DNA of 64,000 bases from an uncultured Candidatus Rokubacteria bacterium (GCA_963789955.1 CAWBMV010000006.1:1-64000); one strand, 5' to 3'. Numbered from the stretch's first letter, positions 8,790-19,187 are shown. Translations and numbers: made by a program. Notes: generated by a model from the sequence alone, not told the origin.

Positions 8790-11177
8790 GGGGAACGCGA
8801 CGTGCAGCGTGACACCCCGACCCTCGTTGCGAGTCGCCCAGATCTTCCCGCCGTGGGCCTCCACGATCGAGCGGCTGATGGCCAGCCCCATCCCGAGCCC
8901 CTGGGGCTTGCTGGTCACGAAATGCTCGAAGATGCGCTCGAGCTCTGATGCCTCGACTCCGATGCCGCTGTCTTGAATGGCAACGGCGATCTGGCCGACG
9001 TCGGGCTGGCTGGTAGAGATCCGGATCTCGCGGGGGCCGTCTTCCGTCGAGCCGATAGCTTCCGCGGCGTTGACGATCAGGTTCAGGAAGACCTGTCTGA
9101 GCTGGACCGGATCGCCGAGCACGGGCGGCAGGGACGATCCCCGTGCGTAGTGCAGCATGATTCTCTTGCCCACCATGTCGCTGCGGACCAGGCCGAGCAC
9201 GTCCTCGATGATCGCGTCGATGTCCACGGCGACACGCTCCGAGTGCGCCTTGCGGAATAGGGTCCTGAGCCGGTGGATCGTCTGCGAGGCCCGCTCGCTG
9301 TCGCTGGCGATGTCGCCGAGTACCTCCTCGATCTCCGCACGCTTCGGCTCGTCGGTGACCAGGCGCCGGAGCGTGGCCCGGGCATTCGTCAAGATGGCGG
9401 ACAGGGGCTGGCTGATCTCATGAGCGATCGACGCGGTCAGCTCGCCCAGTGTCGAGACGCGCAGCGCGTGCGCCAGCTCGTCGCGCTGTCGCAGCGCTTC
9501 CTCCTCCGCCTGCCGGCGCCGCTCCTCGCTCTTCCGCACGGCCTCGTCGGCGCGCCGGCGCGCCAGGACATTCGCGAAGACGTCGGCGAGCAGCTGTAAA
9601 CGCGCGATGAGCTCGTCGGGCCACGCGCGTTCTCCGCGCAGCCGGCTGAACGCGAGGACGCCGATCACCGCGCCGTCGGCGCGGAGCGGCAGCGCGGCCA
9701 GGGCGCGAACGCCACGCTCTGCGAGACTCTGGCGATCGGCCGCTGCTGCATCCGGCAAATCGTCGAGGCGCGAGATCCGCACCACCTCGCCGCTGGCGAT
9801 CCGCGAATTGAGCCACGGAAAGTCCTCCGCCGCAGCTACCGGGATCGGGAGCGGCGCGACCCCCGCCCGGGTCCATGCGTGCGTGGTGCGCATCGGTCGA
9901 TCCCCGTGCTCAGCCAGGGCCGCGCGGTCGAAGTCCAGCGTCTCCGTCACGCGCTGGAGCATCTGCTCGATGGCGTGGTCGACCGCACCGGCCGGCAGCG
10001 TGAGGAGCTCGGCTGAGAGCTCGGAGAGGAGCGTCTCGAACCGGAGGCGTTCGGCCAGCGTGCGCTGAGCGCGGCGGCGCTCGATTCGATTCGCGAGCAG
10101 ACCGGCAATGAGGGCACTCTGCATGAGAAGCAGAATGACGCCAGCCGCGATGTACCACTTGTACCGATCCCAGGCCGTCGGCGTCCGGAACCTCACCACG
10201 CTGCCTCGGGGAAGCCGCGCTTCGTCTAGTCCCCACCGCTGGAGCTGGCGCCCGTCGAACAGATCGGTGTAGGCCGCGGGCTCGGCGATCGGAATGCTCG
10301 CGGGAGTCTCTCCGCGAAGGATCCGGACGCCGATCTCCGCCGCATGCTGGCCGTGTTTGTCGACGCTGTAGACGTGGCCGCCGACCACCCCCCGACCGAG
10401 GTACTGGTCCAACGACACGTAGACCGGAGCGTTGGCCGCTCCGGCAACCTGTGACAGCGCCTCGTGGGGAATGAAGGCGCGCCCGGCGCCGTCGGCGAAT
10501 AGAGTCAGGTACTGAACGACGCTGTTGGGCGGCAGGCGGGACAGCCTCGGCAGCAGATCGCTCATGGGCAGCCCGGTCAGATAGGTGATGGAGACTCGGC
10601 GCTCGAACGGCGCGAAGTCACGACGCGCGATGGCTTGTAGGTACCGGTCGTATCCCGAGGCGCCGCCCACGACGAACACCGTCCGGGTGTCCGGTTGCAG
10701 CCTGAGGGCAATCTCGAGCGTCGGCGCGAAATCGCGCTTCACCACGACGCCGGTGACGTTGGCCCCGAGCGCCTTGCCCTCGAGATCGGACCGATCCACT
10801 CCGCAAACGACCACTGGGACTCCAGGGAAGAGCCCTCGGTGCCGCAGCAGGAAGTCCAGAGACGGGCCCATGACGGCGACGATCAGGTCCGGGCGCGTCT
10901 TCGCATACTTGCGCTGGAATTGGTCTCGTAATACTCCATCGTGGTCCGGACCCGGGAACTGGGAGAGATTCAATGACTCGCTGTAGAACTCCACGTCTTT
11001 CCCGAGGCCCGTCGTGAAAGCCTCGCGCAGGCTCTGGTTTATGGCGGCAAGCCCCGGGAAGTCATCGTCTTCGTCGAAGACCAGCAGGATCCTCGGCCGC
11101 GCTTCAGCGAGGTCTGGTCGGACAGCCTGGATGGGCAGCAGCAGGACGAGAGCGAGCAGGACCGCTCTGATGCTCAG
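8778..11177 (-). CDS. Sensor histidine kinase (periplasmic ABC-substrate-binding-like sensor, TM, GAF, HisKA, HATPase); start approximate
   Basis: H-box LGELTASIAHEISQPL, N-box VFLNLIVNA, G boxes DSGIG and GLGMGL, F-box FEHFVTSK. Confidence 0.88.
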   Translation of the reverse strand: MSIRAVLLALVLLLPIQAVRPDLAEARPRILLVFDEDDDFPGLAAINQSLREAFTTGLGKDVEFYSESLNLSQFPGPDHDGVLRDQFQRKYAKTRPDLIVAVMGPSLDFLLRHRGLFPGVPVVVCGVDRSDLEGKALGANVTGVVVKRDFAPTLEIALRLQPDTRTVFVVGGASGYDRYLQAIARRDFAPFERRVSITYLTGLPMSDLLPRLSRLPPNSVVQYLTLFADGAGRAFIPHEALSQVAGAANAPVYVSLDQYLGRGVVGGHVYSVDKHGQHAAEIGVRILRGETPASIPIAEPAAYTDLFDGRQLQRWGLDEARLPRGSVVRFRTPTAWDRYKWYIAAGVILLLMQSALIAGLLANRIERRRAQRTLAERLRFETLLSELSAELLTLPAGAVDHAIEQMLQRVTETLDFDRAALAEHGDRPMRTTHAWTRAGVAPLPIPVAAAEDFPWLNSRIASGEVVRISRLDDLPDAAAADRQSLAERGVRALAALPLRADGAVIGVLAFSRLRGERAWPDELIARLQLLADVFANVLARRRADEAVRKSEERRRQAEEEALRQRDELAHALRVSTLGELTASIAHEISQPLSAILTNARATLRRLVTDEPKRAEIEEVLGDIASDSERASQTIHRLRTLFRKAHSERVAVDIDAIIEDVLGLVRSDMVGKRIMLHYARGSSLPPVLGDPVQLRQVFLNLIVNAAEAIGSTEDGPREIRISTSQPDVGQIAVAIQDSGIGVEASELERIFEHFVTSKPQGLGMGLAISRSIVEAHGGKIWATRNEGRGVTLHVAFPSGR

Positions 11178-11184
11178 AACGCCC

Positions 11185-12435
11185 TCAGTCGTCGCGCGCC
11201 GAGATCGTCCCCGGCATGATGTTCCGCCGCGCCTCCACCGGCTCCGGCCGCGACACCGGAGCGCCGCGGCGGCCGAGCGCCGCCTTGTCCATGGCGTAAA
11301 AGCGCAAACTGTTATCGAGCAGCATCTTGCGCTTGGCCGAATCGGACACGTCCTTTCGGCCGAGCAAGGTGGCGACCGTTCCAGGGTACGGGTTTCCGTC
11401 GTGGCCGGGTTCGCCGACGAACAGCGCGTCGAAGTGCAGGTAGTCCGACGCGAACACCATCGCGTCCTCGCCGACGTGCTCGACGAAGAACGGGATGAAC
11501 TCGTCGCCGGGCTCACAGCTGAAGAACACGCGGCCACCCTTGATGTATTCGCTCGGCTTCGCCGAGATGTGCGCCCATCGCTCGGGCGCGACCTCGTTGT
11601 ACTCGTCCATCCGGTGCATCCAGTAGGGGACCCAGCCCGCGCCGGCCTCGAGGAACGCCACTTTTAGCTTTTGAAAGCGCTCCAGCAAGCCGCTGGTCAC
11701 GATGTTGGAGCACGCGAGCATCTGCGCGAACGTATGCGCCATGTGCGAGGCTTCGAGCATGTGGTCGGGGCGGTTGAGGTCGAAGTAGCTCCGGAACAAG
11801 GACGGCAGCGCCGGCCCGTGGACGGCGATCGGCACGCCGAGGCGATCGGCCTCGGCCCAGAAGTCGGTGAGGCGGGGGTCGCTCAGCAGCGTGTCCTCGC
11901 GCACCGTGCAGCCGATCTGGATGGCCACCATGTGGAGGCGGCTCACCGCGCGGTGCATCTCGGCGATCGCGCCCTGCACGTCCTGCAGCGCCACCAGGCC
12001 GACGCCCTTGAGCCGCGAGGGACACACCTCGCAATAGTCGTGAAGCCAGTCGTTGTACGCGGCCGCGCGGGCCGCGGCGAAGCCGCCGTCGCGGGTCACC
12101 GTCAGCGGGAGCTCGTCGGTCGGATAGATGACGGCCACGTCGATCTGGTCGCGGTCCATGTCAGCGAGCCGCGCCCACGGATTATAGGTGCCCATCCGGC
12201 GATAGTGAATGGCCTTGCCCTTCGGCGGGGGCAGGTTACCGTTGACGCCGACGAAACCGATGTCGGTCTCGGGGCCCCACACCTTGCCGTCGACGAGACG
12301 CACGATGTAGCCACGGCCCGCCTGCGTGTAGCGGGGGCGCCGCTCGCGGTACTGCGGGTCGATCCGCTCGTAGGTCGCGTCGACCTCGATCACGTGTCCG
12401 TCGCCGTCGATCACCAGGTCGGGTCGGTCGGTCAT
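11185..12435 (-). CDS. Amidohydrolase family protein (Amidohydro_2)
   Basis: IDGDGHVIE, AYNDWL, PIAVHG, FLEAGAGWVP, FASDYLHFD. Confidence 0.88.
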   Translation of the reverse strand: MTDRPDLVIDGDGHVIEVDATYERIDPQYRERRPRYTQAGRGYIVRLVDGKVWGPETDIGFVGVNGNLPPPKGKAIHYRRMGTYNPWARLADMDRDQIDVAVIYPTDELPLTVTRDGGFAAARAAAYNDWLHDYCEVCPSRLKGVGLVALQDVQGAIAEMHRAVSRLHMVAIQIGCTVREDTLLSDPRLTDFWAEADRLGVPIAVHGPALPSLFRSYFDLNRPDHMLEASHMAHTFAQMLACSNIVTSGLLERFQKLKVAFLEAGAGWVPYWMHRMDEYNEVAPERWAHISAKPSEYIKGGRVFFSCEPGDEFIPFFVEHVGEDAMVFASDYLHFDALFVGEPGHDGNPYPGTVATLLGRKDVSDSAKRKMLLDNSLRFYAMDKAALGRRGAPVSRPEPVEARRNIMPGTISARDD

Positions 12436-12530
12436 CCGCTGCTCCTTTTGCGCGACGCTTGCGCGAACGCCACGACCGTACCACGAAACCTCACGGCCGG
12501 GTCCGCTGCCGTTGGCGCCGCGTATGACGT

Positions 12531-13322
12531 ATGATCCGGGGCCACGGGAGATCCGTCACGACCCCACTGCTCTCCGTCACCGGGATCACCAAGCGCTTCG
12601 GCGGTGTCGAGGCGCTCTCCGGATGCACGCTGGCCGTCCGCGAGGGCTCCATCACCGGCCTCATCGGACCGAACGGTGCGGGCAAGACGACGCTCTTCAA
12701 CGTGATCAGCGGCCTCACACCAGCCGACGGCGGCGAGATCCGTCTGGGCGACGATCGCCTCGATGGGCTCTCCGCCGACGCGATCGCGCGGCGGGGCATC
12801 GCGCGCACGTTCCAGATCCCGAGGCCGCTCGGTCGGATGACGGTGCTGGAGAACGTGATGGTCTACGCGCAGTCGCAGCCGGGGGAAGGGCTCACGCGCG
12901 TCTTCACGTCGCCGGCACTCGTCGCGGCGTCGGAGCGGCGCCTGCGCGAGCGCGCCCACGCGATGCTCGAATCGGTGGAGCTGGCGCCGCTGGCCGGCGA
13001 GCGGGCGGAGACACTCTCCGGCGGGCAGAAGAAGCTGCTCGAGCTGGCGCGTGCCTTGATGAGCGAGCCGCGCATCATCCTGCTCGACGAGCCCGGTGCT
13101 GGAGTGAACCCCACTCTGATGCGCTCTCTGGTGAAGGCCATCCAGGCGCTTCGCGCCGCCGGGCGGACGTTCTTGCTCATCGAGCACGACATGGATCTGG
13201 TCACCGAGCTCTGCGATCCCGTGATCGTGATGGCTCAGGGGCGGACTCTCATGGAGGGGCCGTTCGCCGAGGTCCGGCGCGATCCCCGTGTGCTCGAGGC
13301 GTACCTCGGGACCGCCGCGTGA
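12531..13322 (+). CDS. livG: Branched-chain amino acid-type ABC transporter ATP-binding protein
   Basis: GPNGAGKTT, IARTFQ, LSGGQKK, LLDEP, C-terminal DPRVLEAYLG. Confidence 0.85.
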   Translation: MIRGHGRSVTTPLLSVTGITKRFGGVEALSGCTLAVREGSITGLIGPNGAGKTTLFNVISGLTPADGGEIRLGDDRLDGLSADAIARRGIARTFQIPRPLGRMTVLENVMVYAQSQPGEGLTRVFTSPALVAASERRLRERAHAMLESVELAPLAGERAETLSGGQKKLLELARALMSEPRIILLDEPGAGVNPTLMRSLVKAIQALRAAGRTFLLIEHDMDLVTELCDPVIVMAQGRTLMEGPFAEVRRDPRVLEAYLGTAA

Positions 13323-14026
13323 CGGCCCTCCTCGAGGTGCGAGACCTCTCGGCCGGCTACGGCGACCACGAGATCCTCCGCGGCCTCTCACTGCGCGTCG
13401 AGGCCGGCGAGCTGGTCGCGGTCATCGGCCCCAATGGCGCCGGGAAATCGACCTTGCTGAAGGCGCTGGCGGGTCTCGTGCCGCCGCGCGGGGGGCGGAT
13501 CGCGCTGCAGGGCGCCGACATCACCGGGGCGGGCACTCGACGGATCGTCGAGAGCGGGCTCTGCTACGTGCCGCAGGAGGCCAACGTCTTCCCGTCGCTC
13601 AGCGTGTGGGAGAACCTGACCATCGGCGCGTGGACGGCGAGCCGCTCGTTCGGCGAACGGGCGGCGGCGGTTGTCCAGCTGTTTCCGATCCTCGCCGCGC
13701 GACGACGCTCGCGGGCAGGGACGCTCTCCGGCGGCGAGCGCCAGATGCTGGCGATGGCGATGGCGCTGATGGTGGAGCCGCGCGTGCTGCTTCTCGACGA
13801 GCCCTCGGCCGGTCTCGCGCCCGCGCTGCAACGCCTGGTGTTCGATCGCATTCGCGAGATCAACGCGCGAGGTCTCGGCATCCTTCTGGTCGAGCAGAAT
13901 GCGCGCGAGTCGCTCGCCCTGTGCCGGCGGGCGTACGTGCTCGCGATGGGGCGCGTGCGCGCGGAGGGACCTGGCGACGTGCTGCGCGACGACCCTGACA
14001 TTCGGCGTCTCTATCTTGGCGGCTAG
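13319..14026 (+). CDS. livF: Branched-chain amino acid-type ABC transporter ATP-binding protein
   Basis: GTG overlaps the upstream stop. GPNGAGKST, YVPQE, LSGGERQMLA, LLDEPS, LLVEQN. Confidence 0.85.
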   Translation: MTALLEVRDLSAGYGDHEILRGLSLRVEAGELVAVIGPNGAGKSTLLKALAGLVPPRGGRIALQGADITGAGTRRIVESGLCYVPQEANVFPSLSVWENLTIGAWTASRSFGERAAAVVQLFPILAARRRSRAGTLSGGERQMLAMAMALMVEPRVLLLDEPSAGLAPALQRLVFDRIREINARGLGILLVEQNARESLALCRRAYVLAMGRVRAEGPGDVLRDDPDIRRLYLGG

Positions 14027-14048
14027 ACCTCACGCAGGAGGCCCGGAC

Positions 14049-15263
14049 ATGGCGACGATGACGCGACGCGAGCTCTTGAAGGCCTCGGCCACGACCGGAC
14101 TGGTGCTGGGCGCGCCGGCGATCCTCGCGGCGCAGTCGAAGGCGCCGATCAACATCGGGACCTTGTGCCCGCTCACGGGCGCCGGCGGCTCGTACGGCCC
14201 GGACATGCAGCGCTCGGTGGTAGCTGTCGTCGAGCGGATCAACAAGGCGGGAGGCATCCTCGGCCGGCCGGTGCAGCTCTTTCACGAGGACGACCAGACC
14301 AGCGCCGAGGCCGGCGTGCGCGCGGCACGAAAGCTGATCGACGTCAACAAGGTCATCGCCATCGTCTCCACCTGGGCCTCCGCCGTCACCCTGGCTGTCC
14401 GGCCGGTGTGCGTGGAGGCGCAGGTGTTCCTCATCGGGGTGTCGGGGGCCGACGCGGTGACGCAGGGCGACCACAAGGGCTACGTCGCGCGCACCCAGCC
14501 CAACACGAAGCTCCAGGGGAGCATGTACGCGAAGTTCGTCGTCTCGAAGAAGGAGTGGAAGCGCGTCGCGTACCTGGCGCTGCAGACGCCGTACGCCCGC
14601 TCGTTCGGCGACGCGTTCGGCGCCATCGTGCGCGCCGCCGGCGTGACCATCACCGACGACCTCATCTACGAGGACAAGAAACCGTCCTACCGCAGCGAGG
14701 TCACGCGCATCCTGGCCACGAATCCCGACCTGATCATGCTCGAGGGCTACACCCCTGATTCGGTCGTGATGGCGAAGGACATCTACAAGGCGGGCTACAA
14801 GGGCGCGATCCTCGCGCCGAGCTTCGCGGTGAACGCGAAGTTCATCGAGGGCGCCGGCCCCGACGTGTCTGAGGGCATCTGGAACATGGACCGCGCGCCC
14901 CTGTTCGACTCTCCCGCCTACAAGGAGTTCTCCGCGGCGGTGCCGCGCAACGACACGAGCCCCTACGCGCCGCAAGCGTGGGACCAGATGTCCATCGTGG
15001 CGCTGGCACTGGCGGCCGGGAAAGGCGAGGCGTCGGGCACCGTGATCAAGGACCACGTTCGCGCGGTCGCCAACCCGCCCGGGACCGCGGTGTACTCCTT
15101 CGCCGAAGGTGCGAAGCTCCTCGCCGAGGGCAAGAAGATCAACTACGAGGGCGCGTCGGGGGCGTGCGACTTCGACGCGATCGGCGACATCCTCTCGGCG
15201 CCCTTCGCCGTGCAGCAGGTGCGCAAGGGCAAGTCCGAGCTCGTGACCGTCATCAATCCCTGA
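14049..15263 (+). CDS. ABC substrate-binding protein (LivK/type I periplasmic fold), Tat signal
   Basis: GGAGG RBS, TRRELLK twin-arginine signal, PLTG, INKAGGILGRPV, YEGASG...FDAIGD. Confidence 0.85.
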   Translation: MATMTRRELLKASATTGLVLGAPAILAAQSKAPINIGTLCPLTGAGGSYGPDMQRSVVAVVERINKAGGILGRPVQLFHEDDQTSAEAGVRAARKLIDVNKVIAIVSTWASAVTLAVRPVCVEAQVFLIGVSGADAVTQGDHKGYVARTQPNTKLQGSMYAKFVVSKKEWKRVAYLALQTPYARSFGDAFGAIVRAAGVTITDDLIYEDKKPSYRSEVTRILATNPDLIMLEGYTPDSVVMAKDIYKAGYKGAILAPSFAVNAKFIEGAGPDVSEGIWNMDRAPLFDSPAYKEFSAAVPRNDTSPYAPQAWDQMSIVALALAAGKGEASGTVIKDHVRAVANPPGTAVYSFAEGAKLLAEGKKINYEGASGACDFDAIGDILSAPFAVQQVRKGKSELVTVINP

Positions 15264-15278
15264 TCGGCTCGCGCGCGG

Positions 15279-16139
15279 ATGCCGCCCATCGCGCAGTACG
15301 TCTTCAACGGAATCGTGACGGGCGGTATTCTCGCCCTCCCGGCGGTCGCCTTCTCGCTGCTCTGGCGGCTCCTGCGCTTTCCCAACTTCGCGGTCAGCAC
15401 CTACCTGACGGTCGGCGCCTACGCCGCCCTCGTGCTGAACGCCGGCGCGCATGTGTCCCTCGCGGTGGCATGGCTCGGCGCGCTCGTCGTGACCGGTACC
15501 GTCGCCCTCGCGGTGGACCGCATCGCCTTTCGCCCCATGCGGGGCCGGCGGCCGTTTTCACTCGCCATCGCGTCGATCGGTGTCGCCTTCGTCCTGGAGA
15601 ACGTCGTGCGCTTCGCCTGGGGCAACGACTTCCGCGCCTACGACGTCCCGGTGACGCGCGCCGCCAGCGTGGCCGGGCTGCGCATCGGCCGCGACCAGCT
15701 GTTGATCCTCGGCGCCGCGGTAATGCTCATGATGCTGGCGCAGGCGTTCCTGCTCCGCACCCGGCTCGGCATCGCGATGCGCGCAACGGCCGACAACCCG
15801 CTGCTCGCTGCTGTCAAAGGCGTCCCCACCGATCGCGTGATCGCCGTCGCCACGTTCGGCGGCGGCGCTCTGGCGGGCGGCGCCGGTGTCTTCCTCGGCC
15901 TGGACGCCAGCATCGACCCCCTGATGGGCGGCGGGCTCATCATCTCGGTCTTCGCCGCGGCGATTCTCGGCGGCATCGGCTCCGCGCCTGGCGCCCTCGC
16001 CGGGGCCATGATCGTGGGCATCGTGGAGGAGACCGGCACCTTGTTCGTGCCCCCGACCTACAAGACCGCGATCGGCTTCGTGATCATCCTGGCCGTCCTG
16101 CTTGTCCGCCCGAGCGGCCTGGCCGGCGCGCGCTCGTGA
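15279..16139 (+). CDS. livH: Branched-chain amino acid ABC permease
   Basis: Hydrophobic; RTRLGIAMRATADN and AAILGGIGS motifs. Confidence 0.85.
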   Translation: MPPIAQYVFNGIVTGGILALPAVAFSLLWRLLRFPNFAVSTYLTVGAYAALVLNAGAHVSLAVAWLGALVVTGTVALAVDRIAFRPMRGRRPFSLAIASIGVAFVLENVVRFAWGNDFRAYDVPVTRAASVAGLRIGRDQLLILGAAVMLMMLAQAFLLRTRLGIAMRATADNPLLAAVKGVPTDRVIAVATFGGGALAGGAGVFLGLDASIDPLMGGGLIISVFAAAILGGIGSAPGALAGAMIVGIVEETGTLFVPPTYKTAIGFVIILAVLLVRPSGLAGARS

Positions 16140-16149
16140 CGAGGCGCGC

Positions 16150-17037
16150 GTGATCGCGTACCTCACCGCCATCCTCACCCTCGTCGGCGTGCGCGCGCTC
16201 CTCACCCTCGGCCTGAACGTCCAGTGGGGGCTGACGGGCCTGGTGAACCTCGGCGCGGTCGCGTTCTTCGCCGTCGGCGCTTACACCTCGGCACTCCTGG
16301 CCGTCGGCGGCGTGTCCCTGCTCCTGGCGTGGCCGGCGGGCATCGCGCTCGCGGCGGCCGCGGGCGCCGCGCTGGCGCTCGTGGCGCTGCGACTGCGCGA
16401 GGACTATCTGGCCATCGTCACGCTCGGATTCGCCGAGGTGCTCAGGCTCTTTCTGCTCAACGAGGCCTGGCTCACCCGTGGCGCCAACGGGGTGACCGCG
16501 ATCCCGCGCCCGCTCCACACCTGGTTCCCCGGCCAGTATCATTTCTTTTATTTGATCCTGGTGCTGGCCGCGGTCGGGCTGGTCTATGCTGCGCTCGAGC
16601 GCATGCGCCGCTCGCCCTTCGGTCGCGTGCTGCGCGCGATCCGGGAGGACGAGGTCGTCGCGGCTGTCGCCGGCAAGCCGGTCTTCCGCTTCAAGGTTCA
16701 GGCCTTCGCGATCGGGGCCGGCGTGGCGGGCCTCGCCGGGGTGCTCTTCGCGCACTATCTCGCGTACGTCGAGCCGAACATGTTTCTTCCGCAGGAGAGC
16801 CTCTTCGTCTGGCTCGCGCTCATCCTGGGCGGCAGCGGTAACAACCGCGGCGCGCTCCTCGGCTCGCTGGTGCTCCTCGGCCTGCTGGAAGGGAGCCGGT
16901 TCGCCAAGGACGTGATCCCGTTCCTGACGGGCGTGCGGCTCGCCGCCGCGCAGCAGATTCTCGTTGGCGTGGTGCTCGTGACGATGATGATCCGGCGGCC
17001 GGAAGGGTTGCTGCCGGAGAAGCCTGAATCAGGCTGA
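16150..17037 (+). CDS. livM: Branched-chain amino acid ABC permease
   Basis: GLNVQWGLTG, LRLREDYLAIVTL, SPFGRVLRAIRED, LILGGSGN, RPEGLL. Confidence 0.85.
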   Translation: MIAYLTAILTLVGVRALLTLGLNVQWGLTGLVNLGAVAFFAVGAYTSALLAVGGVSLLLAWPAGIALAAAAGAALALVALRLREDYLAIVTLGFAEVLRLFLLNEAWLTRGANGVTAIPRPLHTWFPGQYHFFYLILVLAAVGLVYAALERMRRSPFGRVLRAIREDEVVAAVAGKPVFRFKVQAFAIGAGVAGLAGVLFAHYLAYVEPNMFLPQESLFVWLALILGGSGNNRGALLGSLVLLGLLEGSRFAKDVIPFLTGVRLAAAQQILVGVVLVTMMIRRPEGLLPEKPESG

Positions 17038-17054
17038 CAAGGGAGGAGAACGCG

Positions 17055-17948
17055 ATGCGGGTGGGGTTCATCGGCCTTGGCAACATGGGGGCGCCGATGG
17101 CGGGGTTCGTGCGCCAGGCGGGGTTCTCGCTCATGGTCCACGATCTGCGAAGAGACGCTGCCGCCTCGCTACTCGAGCGCGGCGCCGTGTGGGCGAATTC
17201 GCCGCGCGAGGTAGCGGCGCAGTGCGACGTCGTCTGCGTCTGCGTCCCCGGGCCCCCGGAGATGCGGACGGTGACCCTCGGTGCCGGAGGCGTCGTGGAG
17301 GGCGTGCGGTCGGGAGTGGTCGTGATCGATCACACCACCAACGATCCCGCAGTCGTCCGCGACGTGGGCGCGGCGCTTTCCACGCGCGGGGCGCAGCTGC
17401 TCGACGCGCCGCTGGACGGCGGACGCGAGGGCGCTCTCGAAGGTCAGCTCAACCTGTTCGTGGGCGGCGACGAGGCGATCCTGAGGTCGGTGAAGCCCGT
17501 GCTCGATACGTTTTCTCGGAGCGTGGTCTGGGTCGGAGAGCTCGGCGCGGGGTCGGTCACCAAGATCGTCCACAATGCGCTCGCCATGAGCGTCGACTTG
17601 CTGATCGCCGAGTGCATGACCCTGGGGGTCAAGGCGGGTGTCGCGATGCCTCGCCTCGTCGAGGCGTTCGGGGCCGGATGCATCGTGGGTCAGAACATGA
17701 CGTTCACCAAGCGGATGCCGGCGACCTTGTTTCGCGGAGACTTCGCCGCACGTTTCGCCCTGGCGCTTGCCCACAAGGACTTCGGCCTGGCGGCGGACCT
17801 CGCCCGAGCCCATGAGGTCCCCACGCGTCTGCTCGATCTCTGTCGGATGGAGCTGCAGGAGGCCATGAACCGCGGCTGGGGCGACGCGGATCGGCTCAAG
17901 GCCTCGACGCTGCAAGAGGAGCGCGCCGGCGTGAGGCTGAGACTGTGA
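17055..17948 (+). CDS. NAD(P)-dependent oxidoreductase, 3-hydroxyisobutyrate dehydrogenase family
   Basis: GFIGLGNMG, DAPLDGG, GAGSVTKIVHN, F..RFALALAHKD. Confidence 0.88.
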   Translation: MRVGFIGLGNMGAPMAGFVRQAGFSLMVHDLRRDAAASLLERGAVWANSPREVAAQCDVVCVCVPGPPEMRTVTLGAGGVVEGVRSGVVVIDHTTNDPAVVRDVGAALSTRGAQLLDAPLDGGREGALEGQLNLFVGGDEAILRSVKPVLDTFSRSVVWVGELGAGSVTKIVHNALAMSVDLLIAECMTLGVKAGVAMPRLVEAFGAGCIVGQNMTFTKRMPATLFRGDFAARFALALAHKDFGLAADLARAHEVPTRLLDLCRMELQEAMNRGWGDADRLKASTLQEERAGVRLRL

Positions 17949-18565
17949 TCACCTGCGCGTTCGAAGACGGTGGCCGTGCCCGGCTCCGGCACGTGGCGGT
18001 GCATGCCATCGTCGAAAAAGACGACAGCCTTTTGCTCGTGAAGCGAGCGCCGCACCTATCCGAAGGAGGCAAATGGGGGCTCCCGGGCGGGTTTTTGGAT
18101 CGCGACGAGACCTTGGCGGAAGGCGCCCTGCGCGAGCTCCGCGAGGAGACCGGTTGGGAGGGGCGAGTGCTGAGTCTCCTGCGCATCAACTCGCGACCGG
18201 ATCGGCCGCGCGAGGATCGGCAAAACATCGCCTTCGACTTCATCATCGAGCCCCTCGAGAAACGGGGCGAGCCCGATGCGGAGTCATCGGACGTGCAGTG
18301 GATCCCGATAAACCGAGCGCTGTCGCTCGTGCTCGCATTCGATCACATGGATTCGGTCCGGTCGTACCCTCGACGCGCGCCGACGAGGCGTCGCGATGCC
18401 GATCCTGATCTGAATGCGAGCTGCAGGCGGCGGCGCCATCCCATGACGAACCTGGAGTGCTCCCCAGTGCTCAAGCCCCGCGGGGAGCACTCCAGTCTCC
18501 GCCAGCGCGTCAAGGCGTCAGCTGCCGCAAGGGTCCCTCGAGATTCGGGAAGTTCCGCGTGCTGA
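17945..18565 (+). CDS. NUDIX hydrolase (C-terminus probably frameshifted; true end near 18410)
   Basis: Nudix box GGFLDRDETLAEGALRELREETG and LAFDH. A strong hairpin at 18452 argues for an earlier stop. Confidence 0.8.
   Translation: MITCAFEDGGRARLRHVAVHAIVEKDDSLLLVKRAPHLSEGGKWGLPGGFLDRDETLAEGALRELREETGWEGRVLSLLRINSRPDRPREDRQNIAFDFIIEPLEKRGEPDAESSDVQWIPINRALSLVLAFDHMDSVRSYPRRAPTRRRDADPDLNASCRRRRHPMTNLECSPVLKPRGEHSSLRQRVKASAAARVPRDSGSSAC
18452..18495. terminator. 14-bp perfect inverted repeat between convergent genes
   Basis: CTGGAGTGCTCCCC (18452-18465) / GGGGAGCACTCCAG (18482-18495). Confidence 0.65.
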
Positions 18566-19154
18566 GCGCCTGAACCCCGGCGTTGTGGTCCCCGTTGAAC
18601 CGCGTGACGGCCCCAGGACACCCCGCGTTCGCGGCGTCCGTGGGCGAGTTGAACCACAAGCCCAGGTGGAACGTATGGATCGGCTCGGTCGCCGGGTTCG
18701 AGGCAGCATCCGGGAACGGTGCGTGGTCGTGCACAACGGGAGCCTCCTGGCCGGCCGGAGGCTGCGCGACGATGAACGTCTCGATGTTGAAGCGCCCGAT
18801 GAACTTCTGGTGACCTCGTCCCTCGTGGTTGGTCTCGATGTCGCCCTGGTACCACGCCAGGCCAAAGGGCGCGTTGGGGATCTGAATCACGAAGAAGTCG
18901 AACTCCGTTTTCGGCGGCAGTCCGCTCACGTGCACGTCCATGTGCTCGACGGGCCCCTTCGACTCGATGGTCACTCGGGCCATCGCATCAGGTAGACAGC
19001 CGGCGTTTAGCGCGGTGGCCGAGCGCACCATATCGAACTCGATGCGCTTCTCGTCGTCGGCCGCGGCGGTCCCCGCTTCTGCCAGGAACGCCCCGGCCAG
19101 CGCTACGAGCCCCACCAGGCTCAACCTCGTCAGGCGAAGTATCAGCTCCATCAC
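18510..19154 (-). CDS. Secreted hypothetical protein
   Basis: AGGAGG RBS and signal peptide (AxA). Beta-rich mature part with two NAGC Cys and several His. Confidence 0.7.
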   Translation of the reverse strand: MMELILRLTRLSLVGLVALAGAFLAEAGTAAADDEKRIEFDMVRSATALNAGCLPDAMARVTIESKGPVEHMDVHVSGLPPKTEFDFFVIQIPNAPFGLAWYQGDIETNHEGRGHQKFIGRFNIETFIVAQPPAGQEAPVVHDHAPFPDAASNPATEPIHTFHLGLWFNSPTDAANAGCPGAVTRFNGDHNAGVQALSTRNFPNLEGPLRQLTP

Positions 19155-19187
19155 AAGTCCTCCTGTTCGAGCGTCTAGAATTCGAAA

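Noticed and set aside
13860..15452. Long antisense or alternative-frame ORFs (e.g. 13860..15452, 26020..27264, 20904..22244, 54020..55363)
   Set aside because: They are shadows of real genes caused by high-GC codon bias: Arg/Ala/Gly-rich with no family motifs.
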